In this document: piece after piece, positions 1 to 9,665 of the stretch
How positions within the stretch are numbered: the first letter of the stretch is position 1
How the letters are laid out: every line of letters starts with the position of its first letter
IMG/VR virus record: IMGVR_UViG_3300032167_007466
Coordinates: 32,001-96,000 of that record
Origin: a virus
Lineage: Duplodnaviria > Caudoviricetes
Length of the DNA: 64,000 nt
Direction: 5' to 3' (one strand)
Notes under the pieces: generated by a model
What the model was told of the DNA's origin: nothing
What the model saw: the letters and a program-made list of their open reading frames with translations, nothing else
Database searches by the model: none
Translations under genes and position numbers: made by a program

Positions 1-143
1 CTTTTTAATCATTTTTTACAACCTCACTTAATTATTCTCCGTAATTTTGCCAATAAAACCTTTCTTCTGTGGAGAGTTTTTTCAACTTTCTGATTAGAAA
101 CCAGACTACTTAGGGGCTCCACATACCCATCTACTACTTTGGC

Positions 144-1532
144 TTACGCTATCCGTAGATACTTTAAATTTTTGTACCTTTCAATATGAATGTCTTTTCC
201 ATTAAAGTTAAGTATATTCATAGCACCGACTAAATCACGATGTTGCTCATAACCACACTGACATATGTAGTTTCTGCCACTCGGCTTATGTCTTTCGCCA
301 CAATGAGGGCAAGTTTGAGAACTGAACGCTTCCGAAACTTTAACAAGTTCAATACCATACCTGCTTAACTTATTCTCTAACTGTAATGTCAATAGACCAT
401 AACACCAATCACGAAGTTTTTGATTAGTGTAACCATTAAATTTTCCGTGATGTCCTCTTGTGCAAGAGTCTAAATCACCATAATATACTTTTGATATGTT
501 ATTCTCAATACAGTAATCAAGATACAATTTACTTATCTTATGAACACAGTCCAAAATCTGCCTATCTGTTTTTAACTTCAACTTATAGATGGCACGACTG
601 TATTTCTTGTACTGCCTACTGCCTTTGGTTAACTTGTCTCTCTTGCTCCTTAGTTTTGCCTGTTCTTTGTTTTGAAGCCTCTTGATACTCCTAATCTTCC
701 TACCCGTTATAATGACGGCATCGCCATTATTATCAATAGAAGATATACTATGTATTTCTCCAAAATCAATAGCAGCAACATTTTCCTCTTTGATGTCTGT
801 ATTGGCTTTAGGTTCTTTGTATTTGACTGCAAAACAAAGCCCGTTGCGATATATTAACTCTATTTCTACAATGTGTTTTGGCATTGTTTTAAACCAACAT
901 CTCACTTGTTTTTGAGGACGCCCGTTTTCGTCAACCTTTTTAGCAAGTTTAAGAATTTTGTTTTTATAATCGACAACAAAGCTAAAGACATTCCAACAAA
1001 CCACGAAATACTTTTTCTTTTTATATGGCAATTCGACTTTCTTGCTGTTGGTGTGGTCTGAAGTCATAGACTTATACATTGCATCTCTTGCGGTATAATA
1101 TTTTATAAACACACCCTGATTCCCAACTGCATGAAGTGGAGTTTTGTTTTTTACAAAAGACTGCAACTCTCCCTTTTTCATGTATCTACCGTTCTGATTA
1201 TGGAATTCTTTATCAGCATCAACTATCGCATTCCAACAGTCGCCAGCCCAACGGCTACACTGCATCAGATATTGGTAATCTTTACTGGAGCATTTCACAG
1301 GAATAATCATTGTTTTATAAAAATACCCATTCTCAAATCCCGGCAACGGATACTTATATATTTTGTTAATTTTAATGTGCCTGTTGTCCGTTCTTTCAAA
1401 TTCAAAATATCTTTCAAATTCTTCAAGTAATTCAACCTTTTTATTGGTTCCAGTCTCGCATTTAACTTCTAGTCGTTCACACAAAGTTCTATATTCGTAT
1501 ATTTCGCCAACCTGAATGTTCTCAATTTTCGT
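144..1532 (-). CDS. tnpB: TnpB (IS200/IS605-family RNA-guided nuclease) with N-terminal extension
   Basis: RuvC-I AAIDFG, YGDL, VSEAFSSQTCPHCG zinc finger, HRDLVGAMNI. Frame is open upstream of 1484 to an ACG at 1532 with GGAGG 8 nt upstream. Confidence 0.88.
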   Translation of the reverse strand, partial: TKIENIQVGEIYEYRTLCERLEVKCETGTNKKVELLEEFERYFEFERTDNRHIKINKIYKYPLPGFENGYFYKTMIIPVKCSSKDYQYLMQCSRWAGDCWNAIVDADKEFHNQNGRYMKKGELQSFVKNKTPLHAVGNQGVFIKYYTARDAMYKSMTSDHTNSKKVELPYKKKKYFVVCWNVFSFVVDYKNKILKLAKKVDENGRPQKQVRCWFKTMPKHIVEIELIYRNGLCFAVKYKEPKANTDIKEENVAAIDFGEIHSISSIDNNGDAVIITGRKIRSIKRLQNKEQAKLRSKRDKLTKGSRQYKKYSRAIYKLKLKTDRQILDCVHKISKLYLDYCIENNISKVYYGDLDSCTRGHHGKFNGYTNQKLRDWCYGLLTLQLENKLSRYGIELVKVSEAFSSQTCPHCGERHKPSGRNYICQCGYEQHRDLVGAMNILNFNGKDIHIERYKNLKYLRIA

Positions 1533-1597
1533 ATTTTACACCTCCCCTCAATACATTATTCTCCATAATTCCCTGATAAAATAAGAATTTCAACTAC

Positions 1598-1942
1598 TCA
1601 ACATCTCGATTTTGTTAATTCGCCATTAAAGTAATCATAACAGGTAGTTGTTCCATTATCGTATATCACCACAACCTCGCCTTCATAGTTTTGAATTTTA
1701 CTATGTAATTCTGTTGAATTGCCATATCTGTATCCTAATATTGTTGGATTATAACACTTTCTTTTATCAAACAACTCTTCTCTAATCTCGTGATTCAGCT
1801 CATCAAAATTTATCTCTGGGAACAAATCAGGGAATTCTTCCATAATTTTCTGACTTTCCCAATAAGTTACATCATCTTGTGTGCGTAAAAACATCATCAC
1901 AATAGATTTATATACGCTTTTCACTTTGTCTTTTTTGTTCAT
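1598..1942 (-). CDS. Hypothetical phage protein
   Basis: 114-aa ORF with AAGGAGG RBS. Confidence 0.7.
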   Translation of the reverse strand: MNKKDKVKSVYKSIVMMFLRTQDDVTYWESQKIMEEFPDLFPEINFDELNHEIREELFDKRKCYNPTILGYRYGNSTELHSKIQNYEGEVVVIYDNGTTTCYDYFNGELTKSRC

Positions 1943-1964
1943 AATTCCTCCTTAAAACAACGTT

Positions 1965-2213
1965 TTATTTGCTTTCAGCAGTTTTTACTTTTACAATCTT
2001 ACACTGTTCATTAAGCAACCAATTTAAACTCACATTTGATGGTTTTCTTATAAAGAAATTAGGGCTTTTGTTAGAATACTTTGCTTTTACTACTTGTGTA
2101 TTACTAAAATAATAATAGTCTCTCACATTAGATTGGTTTGAAAACCTAAACTTTTCCCATTTCTTTAAACCTAATTTTTTACGTATAAGAAATAATATTA
2201 TTTTATTCGTCAT
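1965..2213 (-). CDS. Hypothetical phage protein
   Basis: 82-aa basic ORF with RBS, operon context. Confidence 0.7.
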   Translation of the reverse strand: MTNKIILFLIRKKLGLKKWEKFRFSNQSNVRDYYYFSNTQVVKAKYSNKSPNFFIRKPSNVSLNWLLNEQCKIVKVKTAESK

Positions 2214-2215
2214 CT

Positions 2216-2707
2216 TTATTTACTCCTTTCTAATGCTCCATTACTGCAATAAGTTATAGAACAGTAGCTACCACCCATGTACACTTCTTTATTGCATTCT
2301 TTCTTAAATTCACAATCTTTACAGTACACAATTCTTTCTGTTGGCATAGTTTCAACAGTCTCTTTTGCCTGTTCTATTGCATCAAGAAAACCTTCTGAAT
2401 AATCATCTATACCTCCACCACATTTTGTAAACGGACTGGTGTTTAAAAGCTTTTTATTATTAATGTATTCAGCCCCTAAATCAAATTTAGTCCAATTCCC
2501 TTTGTGAACAGTTTTAGCTATATCGTCCATATCTGCTTCAGCTTCCTGTCTAGTTTGTTTGCTACCGCCATAATTTTGATTGTACCATGACATTTTTTTA
2601 AACGGAATTTCATTGCTATCTTTATTTTTTATGTACACTCCATATTCACCATCATCGTCTTTAAATACAGCCATAACTTGTCCCTTAAAACTTCTATAAG
2701 CCCTCAC
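2216..2707 (-). CDS. Hypothetical protein with C-terminal Cys-rich motif
   Basis: 163 aa, C-terminal CKDC...C...C. Confidence 0.65.
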   Translation of the reverse strand: MRAYRSFKGQVMAVFKDDDGEYGVYIKNKDSNEIPFKKMSWYNQNYGGSKQTRQEAEADMDDIAKTVHKGNWTKFDLGAEYINNKKLLNTSPFTKCGGGIDDYSEGFLDAIEQAKETVETMPTERIVYCKDCEFKKECNKEVYMGGSYCSITYCSNGALERSK

Positions 2708-2729
2708 CTACATAACTCCTTTCCAATCA

Positions 2730-2963
2730 TTACATCAGTTCAGATGCAAATATAGGTTCAATCGGTTGTGACTTACTTAGCATAACAGTATTATTACCAT
2801 ATTTGATTCTTTGTTTTGGTTGTATTGCAGCAACAAAATCACGTGCCTCATTACCCCAATTCCATACGTCCTGCATACACCAACCGTCATCATTTGTACT
2901 TGCATCTTTTGATACTATATAATTATTTCTCTTCGGTCTATAAACTCTCTTTATTCTCAACAT
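2730..2963 (-). CDS. Hypothetical phage protein
   Basis: 77 aa, AAGGAG RBS. Confidence 0.65.
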   Translation of the reverse strand: MLRIKRVYRPKRNNYIVSKDASTNDDGWCMQDVWNWGNEARDFVAAIQPKQRIKYGNNTVMLSKSQPIEPIFASELM

Positions 2964-2976
2964 AATATTATTCTCC

Positions 2977-3666
2977 TTATATATCGATATCTAAGTCATC
3001 ATTTTCGAATAAGCCGATTAGCACTCTTGGTATATATCGCCTATCTCGTATGATATTTATTGTCTTACAAATATCATTAACTTGAGCATTTAACTCAGCA
3101 TGATACTGGTTTATTTTATGCAATATTTCAAGCTGAGTTTTTATAGACCTACGCTCAAGCAATATCTTGCTTTCCAGTCTATCTCTTTTATAAGCATCAA
3201 CTGTTCCAAGTTTCTTTTTTAAATGATGATGTTCCAAATCTTCAAAAGCACATTCCAATGCTTGCAGTCTGTTTTTCAGAATTTCTTCGGTTTTTTTAGA
3301 GTTCTCCAATATATTTTGTATGTTTTCAAAAGCAGACACATATTTTTGTACGTTGTCGTCATTATTGAAATCATATAGGTCAAGGGTGTACAACTTCGTT
3401 TTATCAGTCGCAGTATTTTCTATTCTTTTTTGAATTTTTTCTGACTGCGAAAGCGTAGATTTCTCTAAAGCACCATTTTCAAGTTTCGATATAAAAAAGT
3501 TGGAACGCCATGCCTTTGGTACAGAGTTATCTAAAACAGCCTTAGCAACTTGGGCTTTGTCCCATACGTCAGCTAAAGATATGTTGCTTACTATACTGAA
3601 TTGTCCATTCATTGACTGTTTGATAAATTTATTTCCGTCGGTTATGTAATATTCTGCCTTTGCCAA
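2977..3666 (-). CDS. Hypothetical coiled-coil phage protein
   Basis: 229 aa, abuts the upstream gene. Confidence 0.75.
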   Translation of the reverse strand: MAKAEYYITDGNKFIKQSMNGQFSIVSNISLADVWDKAQVAKAVLDNSVPKAWRSNFFISKLENGALEKSTLSQSEKIQKRIENTATDKTKLYTLDLYDFNNDDNVQKYVSAFENIQNILENSKKTEEILKNRLQALECAFEDLEHHHLKKKLGTVDAYKRDRLESKILLERRSIKTQLEILHKINQYHAELNAQVNDICKTINIIRDRRYIPRVLIGLFENDDLDIDI

Positions 3667-4494
3667 TTAACTCACCTTTGCCTTCTTGTTTCTTCTTGGT
3701 TTATTAATTGTATCTTCATACAACTCGTTTATTTGTTTTGCGATATGATAACACGCACCATCTGCACGTCCCGGTCTCAAAATGCCAAATTTCATAAACA
3801 GAGATGCACTTGCGATCAATTCATTAGGAGAAATGTGACCCAAAACATCAATTAAAACATTATCATCCACATCAGAATGTTCGTTAAAGAAGGTAGCCAT
3901 TCCAGTAATAATTGAACTTGTTAAAGAATCTTTGTCTCCAAGCCAAGCACCCCTTAGTACTTTAAGTACTCTTTCAGCCATGCTAAACCCATACTTTTTA
4001 CACATTTTATCGAATTTGCTTACGGCTCCGATAAGGTTGTTGTCTTTTGTAGAGCCATTCTTGTTATAGTCATATTTGTATTTCTTGAATAGACTCACTA
4101 AAGTGATAGCAATATCTTCTTTTTCTTCAACACGACAATGGAATACCTGATTTGCATTAAGTTGAGTTCTCCCTGTGTTGAGAATATTAAATCTCCTACA
4201 TTCCTGTTCGTATGTTAAGCCCGAAAGAACTATCGCCCAGATCTCTTTAAATCCCAGTCTTTTAAGAGCCTCGATTCGGTGCTGTGCATCTATGCACCAA
4301 AACTCTCCGTTTCTCCAACTCACCAAAGCAACACCCATAATATCAGGTATAAAATTTTCGATAATCTTTCTTACCTTTGACATCTTTAACTCTCTTTGAT
4401 AAGGGGCAAACTTGATACTATCTATCGGAATTCTTTTGAGGGTTAGTTCCGGCAACACCCTTGATTCTACGTTCTTTGCTTTAAATATTTTCAT
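3667..4494 (-). CDS. ParB/Srx-like (DUF6551-like) protein
   Basis: YQR...IDAQHR ParB-type motifs. Confidence 0.7.
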   Translation of the reverse strand: MKIFKAKNVESRVLPELTLKRIPIDSIKFAPYQRELKMSKVRKIIENFIPDIMGVALVSWRNGEFWCIDAQHRIEALKRLGFKEIWAIVLSGLTYEQECRRFNILNTGRTQLNANQVFHCRVEEKEDIAITLVSLFKKYKYDYNKNGSTKDNNLIGAVSKFDKMCKKYGFSMAERVLKVLRGAWLGDKDSLTSSIITGMATFFNEHSDVDDNVLIDVLGHISPNELIASASLFMKFGILRPGRADGACYHIAKQINELYEDTINKPRRNKKAKVS

Positions 4495-6094
4495 ACTTCA
4501 TCATCTCCTTGCTTATATATTGATTTATATTTGAAATAATTTCTTGCTGCTTCATCACAATGGTACTATTAGAAGAGAAAGAGTTGTTCTCGTCAGCATC
4601 TATCTCTTTAAAGGCATTTCCCTTAAATGATAGCAACCACTCATCAATATCAATGTCAATATTATTATCAAAAATATATTTAACAGCATAAACATACATT
4701 GGTAAATTAACATCGTTTTCATCGACACCAACATCATCAAGATAAGATTTATAAGATAAACAATCATCTAACATTGATTTTTTCCCGTATTTCTTATACC
4801 ATCTAATAATACTTTTTAATGTGTCGGCTTCAAAATCATTATAAGAATGGTTATCTGTTGTCATCATAAGTGTTTCTAACGCAACACCTTCACTTTCAAA
4901 GTTTTCAGAGAATTCTACAAGTTCTTCATTCATATCATCAGATACACAATCGTCTTTTGGTACATCAACACCAAGATAATCGCACATAAGTTTTGTAAGA
5001 AAATCAATTCGTGTTTTTACAACATTTGTATCCTTAGTAGAAGTGTTTTTTAATAAACCTTCGAAACTAACACCATCTATTTCTTTTATACATAGACCCG
5101 ACATAGGTTCTTTTGTAAGAATTTTGCCCTTTTCATCTCTTGGAATCCCCTTATTTAACTCAAGCATAAATTCATTGAATTTATCATCATCTACACCAAG
5201 TTTAGTAAAACGAGCATACAATCCAAACCATAAGAAACTATATTTAGAATCAAACATTTGACCAACCGATGGGTCAACTAAGTCTTCAAGTGATTCTACA
5301 AGATTTCTAAATTCTTCAAAGTCTTCATTTGTTGCATTTTCTTTAATATATTCACATATTTCACCATAATCCTTAAACCACTTATCTAAGAATCTTGTTG
5401 TCATAACTGATTCAACAATGATACGATAGATTTTTCCGTTTTTGAATTGACTATTCGAATATGCACCAATACCATCTTCGAAAAATGCCATAGATGAAAT
5501 ATTTCTTACTACACTTGCAAAATGAGTTCCTATACGAGTAATACCTTTTTGTTCTGCATTCATTGCACGACCTTCATTATATCTCTTGATATGATACGCA
5601 AGATTTTCTTCTGAACAATCATAATACAAAACAATATCAAAACCGTAGTCAAGAATTCTTTCCTGTAGTTCTCTTGGCAAAGATTTAAACCTTTTACCAC
5701 GAATATCACACACCTCTGTTTTGTGTATTACAATGTTATCTTCATCACGCATCTGTATTCCATCTTCATCAAGAACTGGCACAGCATATTCAATCATATA
5801 TCTATCTATGTTTTTACTTATAGAATACCCATTATTAATGAAATCCTTTATGTTTGTACATCTTTGTTTCCCATCAATACCCCAAGTAACTGGAGCTTCG
5901 TGAATTTCCTGCTCTGCAAATACTAAATCGGGTATTGGATTTTCCTGTAATATATCAGATATTAAATTACCTTTCATTACAGATGACCATTGCTCTGATG
6001 CTCTTTGTAAAGGATGGTCAAAATTAATAGCATGTCTGTCCATCTTTTTTACAATAGAGCCAATATGTAAGCGTATTTTTTTACTGTCTTTCAT
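4481..6094 (-). CDS. DUF262/ParB-like domain protein
   Basis: LQRA..W, IDGKQR motif, YNEG; 537 aa. Confidence 0.72.
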   Translation of the reverse strand: MKDSKKIRLHIGSIVKKMDRHAINFDHPLQRASEQWSSVMKGNLISDILQENPIPDLVFAEQEIHEAPVTWGIDGKQRCTNIKDFINNGYSISKNIDRYMIEYAVPVLDEDGIQMRDEDNIVIHKTEVCDIRGKRFKSLPRELQERILDYGFDIVLYYDCSEENLAYHIKRYNEGRAMNAEQKGITRIGTHFASVVRNISSMAFFEDGIGAYSNSQFKNGKIYRIIVESVMTTRFLDKWFKDYGEICEYIKENATNEDFEEFRNLVESLEDLVDPSVGQMFDSKYSFLWFGLYARFTKLGVDDDKFNEFMLELNKGIPRDEKGKILTKEPMSGLCIKEIDGVSFEGLLKNTSTKDTNVVKTRIDFLTKLMCDYLGVDVPKDDCVSDDMNEELVEFSENFESEGVALETLMMTTDNHSYNDFEADTLKSIIRWYKKYGKKSMLDDCLSYKSYLDDVGVDENDVNLPMYVYAVKYIFDNNIDIDIDEWLLSFKGNAFKEIDADENNSFSSNSTIVMKQQEIISNINQYISKEMMKYENI

Positions 6095-6651
6095 TTTATC
6101 ACTCCTCTTAATTTGTTAAGCGGCTCCGTCTTTTCTTCGGAACGCATCCTTTGAATTATCATTTTAAACTTGTCATCACTAAGACCAAGCATTTTTTTTA
6201 TTGTATTAACATCATAACCCGCTATAATTAATTCTGCTATTTTTCTTTGTGTTTTTGTAAGTGAGTCGATGTATCTTTGAGCAAGATAGTTTAATTCATA
6301 CTCTTGTTCTGCAATAAGCATATTCTCAATAGTTATCTTGGATTCTTCATCAGTAACTTTATTTATACTTTCTGATTTTGAATTTCCTATCCTCTTATCT
6401 CTATAATAAAAAGTAAGTTCTGTTTTAGCTTTACGTTGTAATATATTTGTTGCATATGTAAGTAGGTTAGATTTTTGCGGGTTGAATGTTTTAATAGCTT
6501 TAGACAACTCAAACCCTGCAAGACTTTCAAAATCATCATAATCTAACTTGGCACTCTCATACATTTTTTTGAATTTCCTATTCCATAAGGGAAGAATAAC
6601 TTTCTTTTGTATATCTTTCCAGTTTTCCTCTAACACTATCAATGTCATCAA
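6091..6651 (-). CDS. Phage sigma-70 family (SigH/ComX-like) sigma factor
   Basis: Region 2-like DFESLA..AIKTFNPQK..TYA; region 4 HTH LTKTQRKIAELIIAGY..IKKMLGLS. Confidence 0.75.
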   Translation of the reverse strand: MMTLIVLEENWKDIQKKVILPLWNRKFKKMYESAKLDYDDFESLAGFELSKAIKTFNPQKSNLLTYATNILQRKAKTELTFYYRDKRIGNSKSESINKVTDEESKITIENMLIAEQEYELNYLAQRYIDSLTKTQRKIAELIIAGYDVNTIKKMLGLSDDKFKMIIQRMRSEEKTEPLNKLRGVIK

Positions 6652-6666
6652 CTCCTTGCATATGTA

Positions 6667-6957
6667 TTATTGACGATCATCTATAAATTGTGGACATTTT
6701 TTTATTTTAAAAGATTTAATATCTCCCATGCTGTCTTTAATTATTGTAGGAGTAGCATCCCAACCATCGACAGGTGTTAGACTCTTACTCCATGAGCAAC
6801 CACCACAAGCATTTTTACATCTCCAACATAGTTGTTCGTTTTCTTCCCGCCTTTGCTTTGCCATTCCACGAGTGCACTCATATGAACAATACTTTTTAAG
6901 ACTTGACCTACTAAGAAATTTCTTTTTACAAAATTCACAAGTTTTCTTATACTTCAT
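6667..6957 (-). CDS. Cys-rich zinc-finger protein
   Basis: CEFC..YCSYEC and CWRCKNACGGCSWS; ATG at 6957 with GAGGTG RBS. Confidence 0.7.
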   Translation of the reverse strand: MKYKKTCEFCKKKFLSRSSLKKYCSYECTRGMAKQRREENEQLCWRCKNACGGCSWSKSLTPVDGWDATPTIIKDSMGDIKSFKIKKCPQFIDDRQ

Positions 6958-6967
6958 TAGTATCACC

Positions 6968-7657
6968 TCATTTGTATAATCTTCTGTTGCTTGAATAACA
7001 AAAGTAAGTTGTGCCAAGCGTCTTGTCTCTTATTGCTTTATATGTACCGCTACCTTGTGTAAAATTCGCCTGAAATACCACGCTTGGAGGAGCAATACTA
7101 CCATTTATAAGCACTTGTAATGCAGAATTAATTGCCTTTTCAGACGGAATAAGGTTTTGAAAATATCCTGTCCGTACTGGTGCATATTGTCCTCTTTGGT
7201 ATATGACGTCATATATCGTATTTGGAAACTCAGGACTATTTACCCTGTTTATAACAACACTTGCCACAAGTTGTCTATGCTCTTCAGTGAGCCAATTACT
7301 GCCTGCTTCAGCTTGTACTATCTTAGCGAGGAGCATCAACTCGTCATAATTAAGATTATCATCAATTCCTATGTATTCTTTTTTTAGGTTTCTCAATCTC
7401 TCATACTCTTTGCCTGACACACTATTACCTTTACTGACCGCCTGAGCCATCAATAAAGAGTAATCTGTATTCATATCAAATTCTTTTGGTTCTTCTGTTA
7501 CTATTGGAATTTCTGTTTGAATAGTTTCATTATCATCTTCAGCAAACTTTCGCTCAAACTCTCCCGATGCAGTCAATGTCATTTTATAAGACAATATAAT
7601 TCCAAAGACTATAATAATTGTTGCACCTATAATAGACATAAATTTTTCTTTCTTCAT
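6968..7657 (-). CDS. SleB-like cell wall hydrolase (Hydrolase_2) with N-terminal membrane anchor
   Basis: LLAKIVQAEAG..VASVVINRV..FPNTIYDVIYQRGQY. Confidence 0.85.
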   Translation of the reverse strand: MKKEKFMSIIGATIIIVFGIILSYKMTLTASGEFERKFAEDDNETIQTEIPIVTEEPKEFDMNTDYSLLMAQAVSKGNSVSGKEYERLRNLKKEYIGIDDNLNYDELMLLAKIVQAEAGSNWLTEEHRQLVASVVINRVNSPEFPNTIYDVIYQRGQYAPVRTGYFQNLIPSEKAINSALQVLINGSIAPPSVVFQANFTQGSGTYKAIRDKTLGTTYFCYSSNRRLYK

Positions 7658-7868
7658 TTTTATTTTCTTCCTTTCATACTACCTATTCTCATTTTCTTAT
7701 CTAAAAGCATACTCTAAGTGGGCATCCGAGAACGTTGCAGCTCTGCCCACTTTTAAAAGGAGAATGAGTATGCAAAATAGCAACTACTTCTTTATCTTGA
7801 CCTTCAGGAAGTATAGACTGTGTAGGTGGGTGTTTCATATCAGCGCCCAAATTTGTTCAACTTTTGCA

Positions 7869-7898
7869 TTGACTTTTAGACATAATATATGCTAAAAT
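7869..7898 (+). promoter_or_regulatory. SigA-type promoter
   Basis: TTGACT-18-TAAAAT with TG extension. Confidence 0.5.
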
Positions 7899-8065
7899 AC
7901 TAAATAAGGCAATTGCATATCCAAACAATATATATAGCCCAAATATCAAATCTTATTTTCCACAATTAAGACTATTATGTTTAGTACAAAATTCAAAACA
8001 ATAATGATATTTAAACTTATATATTGGGAGTTGATACATAGTATCAACTATTTAGTAGTTGTCTT

Positions 8066-8097
8066 AAGAACGACTGGTCGCAACAGTCGTTCTTTTT
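8066..8097 (+). terminator. Intrinsic terminator
   Basis: AAGAACGACTG-gtcgcaa-CAGTCGTTCTT followed by T tract. Confidence 0.75.
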
Positions 8098-8108
8098 ATG
8101 TACAAAAC

Positions 8109-8216
8109 TCATCTGCTACCGCGCTGAATTTGCTCCAAGGTTTTCAACAATTCTTTTTGTTCTTCTTTTGACAATGATTTGAATTGTTCTAAAAATTCTA
8201 AAACCTTTGAATTCAT
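8109..8216 (-). CDS. Small protein (35 aa, MNSKVLEFLEQFKSLSKEEQKELLKTLEQIQRGSR)
   Basis: Read manually; GAAAGAGGGTG RBS; below ORF-track cutoff. Confidence 0.6.
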   Translation of the reverse strand: MNSKVLEFLEQFKSLSKEEQKELLKTLEQIQRGSR

Positions 8217-8304
8217 ATTTTCACCCTCTTTCTTAAATATGTTGAATTTTCGTCCTATCTATGATATAATTGATTTAAGAATATTATAGATAGGAGGTTT
8301 TACT

Positions 8305-8484
8305 ATGGCATTTTGTCCTTTCGTAAATGACGAGTGTAGAAATGACTGCGTATTCAACAACGGAACTTGCAAAATATTAAGAGTTTGTGATGACATCGAC
8401 AGAATACAGAGTCAAACAACTGATTGTTCTTATACATACAGCATTTACACCAAACTTGATGATATTATTGAAAAGTTGAAATAA
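8305..8484 (+). CDS. Small Cys-rich protein (59 aa, MAFCPFVNDECRNDC...), moron-like
   Basis: AGGAGG RBS and own TTGAAT-17-TATAAT promoter; opposes the flanking operon. Confidence 0.7.
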   Translation: MAFCPFVNDECRNDCVFNNGTCKILRVCDDIDRIQSQTTDCSYTYSIYTKLDDIIEKLK

Positions 8485-8495
8485 TAATCATAATG

Positions 8496-8651
8496 CTACA
8501 TTTTTTCAATAAGGGTTATAGCATGCAATAATTGCTCTATAACTCTTATTTTTTGTTCATAAGATTTATAGTCGTCTTTTGTCGCATCATTGTTTAATTC
8601 CTTAGTGATTTCGCTAATTACTTCCTTAACTTTTTTGATTTTTTCTTTCAT
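8496..8651 (-). CDS. Small protein (51 aa)
   Basis: Read manually; AAAGGA RBS. Confidence 0.55.
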   Translation of the reverse strand: MKEKIKKVKEVISEITKELNNDATKDDYKSYEQKIRVIEQLLHAITLIEKM

Positions 8652-8709
8652 AATTTTAATTTCCTTTCTTTTTGTGTTATAACGTTCTTAGATTATTAAT
8701 CCATCGACC

Positions 8710-9024
8710 CTATCTATCAATTTCCTTAATAGACGAGAAAGTCTCCCAAAGCATAGTAGGTTCTGGTGGTTCAGGTAACGGACTTTCTCTATGTGTTTCT
8801 CTTGTGTCTTTATCGACACATAATGGTGTAAAAAAAATAACGTCTAAACTCTCGCCTAACAATATAGCGATCTGTTGCCCCTCACTAAGAGTAAAATCAT
8901 CTTTGCCAATAATCTTATCTACAATTTCATTAAAAGATAACTTTAATGAATTAGCTAAAGTCTGAAATGAAATATTTCGTGTGTCCATAAGATAAATCAA
9001 ATCATAATACGTCGGATGTTTCAT
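8710..9024 (-). CDS. Cro-like HTH regulator
   Basis: XRE-like HTH (SFQTLANSLKLS..KIIGKDDFTLSE); divergent from the cI-like gene. Confidence 0.7.
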   Translation of the reverse strand: MKHPTYYDLIYLMDTRNISFQTLANSLKLSFNEIVDKIIGKDDFTLSEGQQIAILLGESLDVIFFTPLCVDKDTRETHRESPLPEPPEPTMLWETFSSIKEIDR

Positions 9025-9044
9025 AATATTTCTCACCCCTTTCG

Positions 9045-9183
9045 TGTGTTGTATTCGACACATCTATAATACACCCTTTTTGTGTCGCTGTCAACACATA
9101 TTCTCAATTTGTAATCTTTTTATAACTGTACCGTAATCTTTATGTAATATTTTATGCATTTTTATTGTTGCATTCTCGACACA
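9045..9183. promoter_or_regulatory. Lysis/lysogeny switch operators TGTGTYG-N4-CRACACA
   Basis: 18-bp palindromes at 9045-9062 and 9081-9098, degenerate copy at 9166-9183, another copy at 8803-8820; they overlap the divergent promoters. Confidence 0.75.
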
Positions 9184-9216
9184 TTTATGATATAATACAA
9201 ATACGAGGTGATAAAA

Positions 9217-9639
9217 ATGAGTATTCTTGGTGAAAACTTAAAAATAGCAAGAAATAGTTTAGGATTAACTCAACAAGAAGTAGTTGATAAAATTAATAAA
9301 ACATTTAATAGCAACATACAAAGAGAGATGCTTAGTAAATGGGAAACTGGTTTCCAAGAACCAACAATATATTATCTTTCATGCCTAAGCCGATTTTATG
9401 AAATCTCGTCAGATGAATTGTTGGGTAATACTCCTAAAAAATCATTAGAAAGTCATCGCAAAATAATCGCAGCCGACACCGCTTCTTTGCCTTCCGCAAT
9501 TTTTCATATGGACGAAGCCGATAAAACTCAACATCATAAAAATATGATTGCTGAAAGAATTATAAACTCCAATTATTCAGACGAAGAGCTAAATAAGATT
9601 GAACAAATGTTAGATATTATCGTACCAATAAAAAAGTAG
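9217..9639 (+). CDS. CI-like XRE-family repressor
   Basis: LGENLKIAR..LTQQEV..LSKWETG..P..LLG HTH_3 signature. Confidence 0.85.
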   Translation: MSILGENLKIARNSLGLTQQEVVDKINKTFNSNIQREMLSKWETGFQEPTIYYLSCLSRFYEISSDELLGNTPKKSLESHRKIIAADTASLPSAIFHMDEADKTQHHKNMIAERIINSNYSDEELNKIEQMLDIIVPIKK

Positions 9640-9659
9640 CCATATTACAGGCTACTTTT
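9630..9659. terminator. Bidirectional terminator
   Basis: AAAAGTAGCC-loop-GGCTACTTTT between convergent genes. Confidence 0.7.
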
Positions 9660-9665
9660 ATTTTA

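Noticed and set aside
144-1532. IStron (group I intron plus TnpB)
   Set aside because: No intron core upstream of tnpB and no interrupted gene
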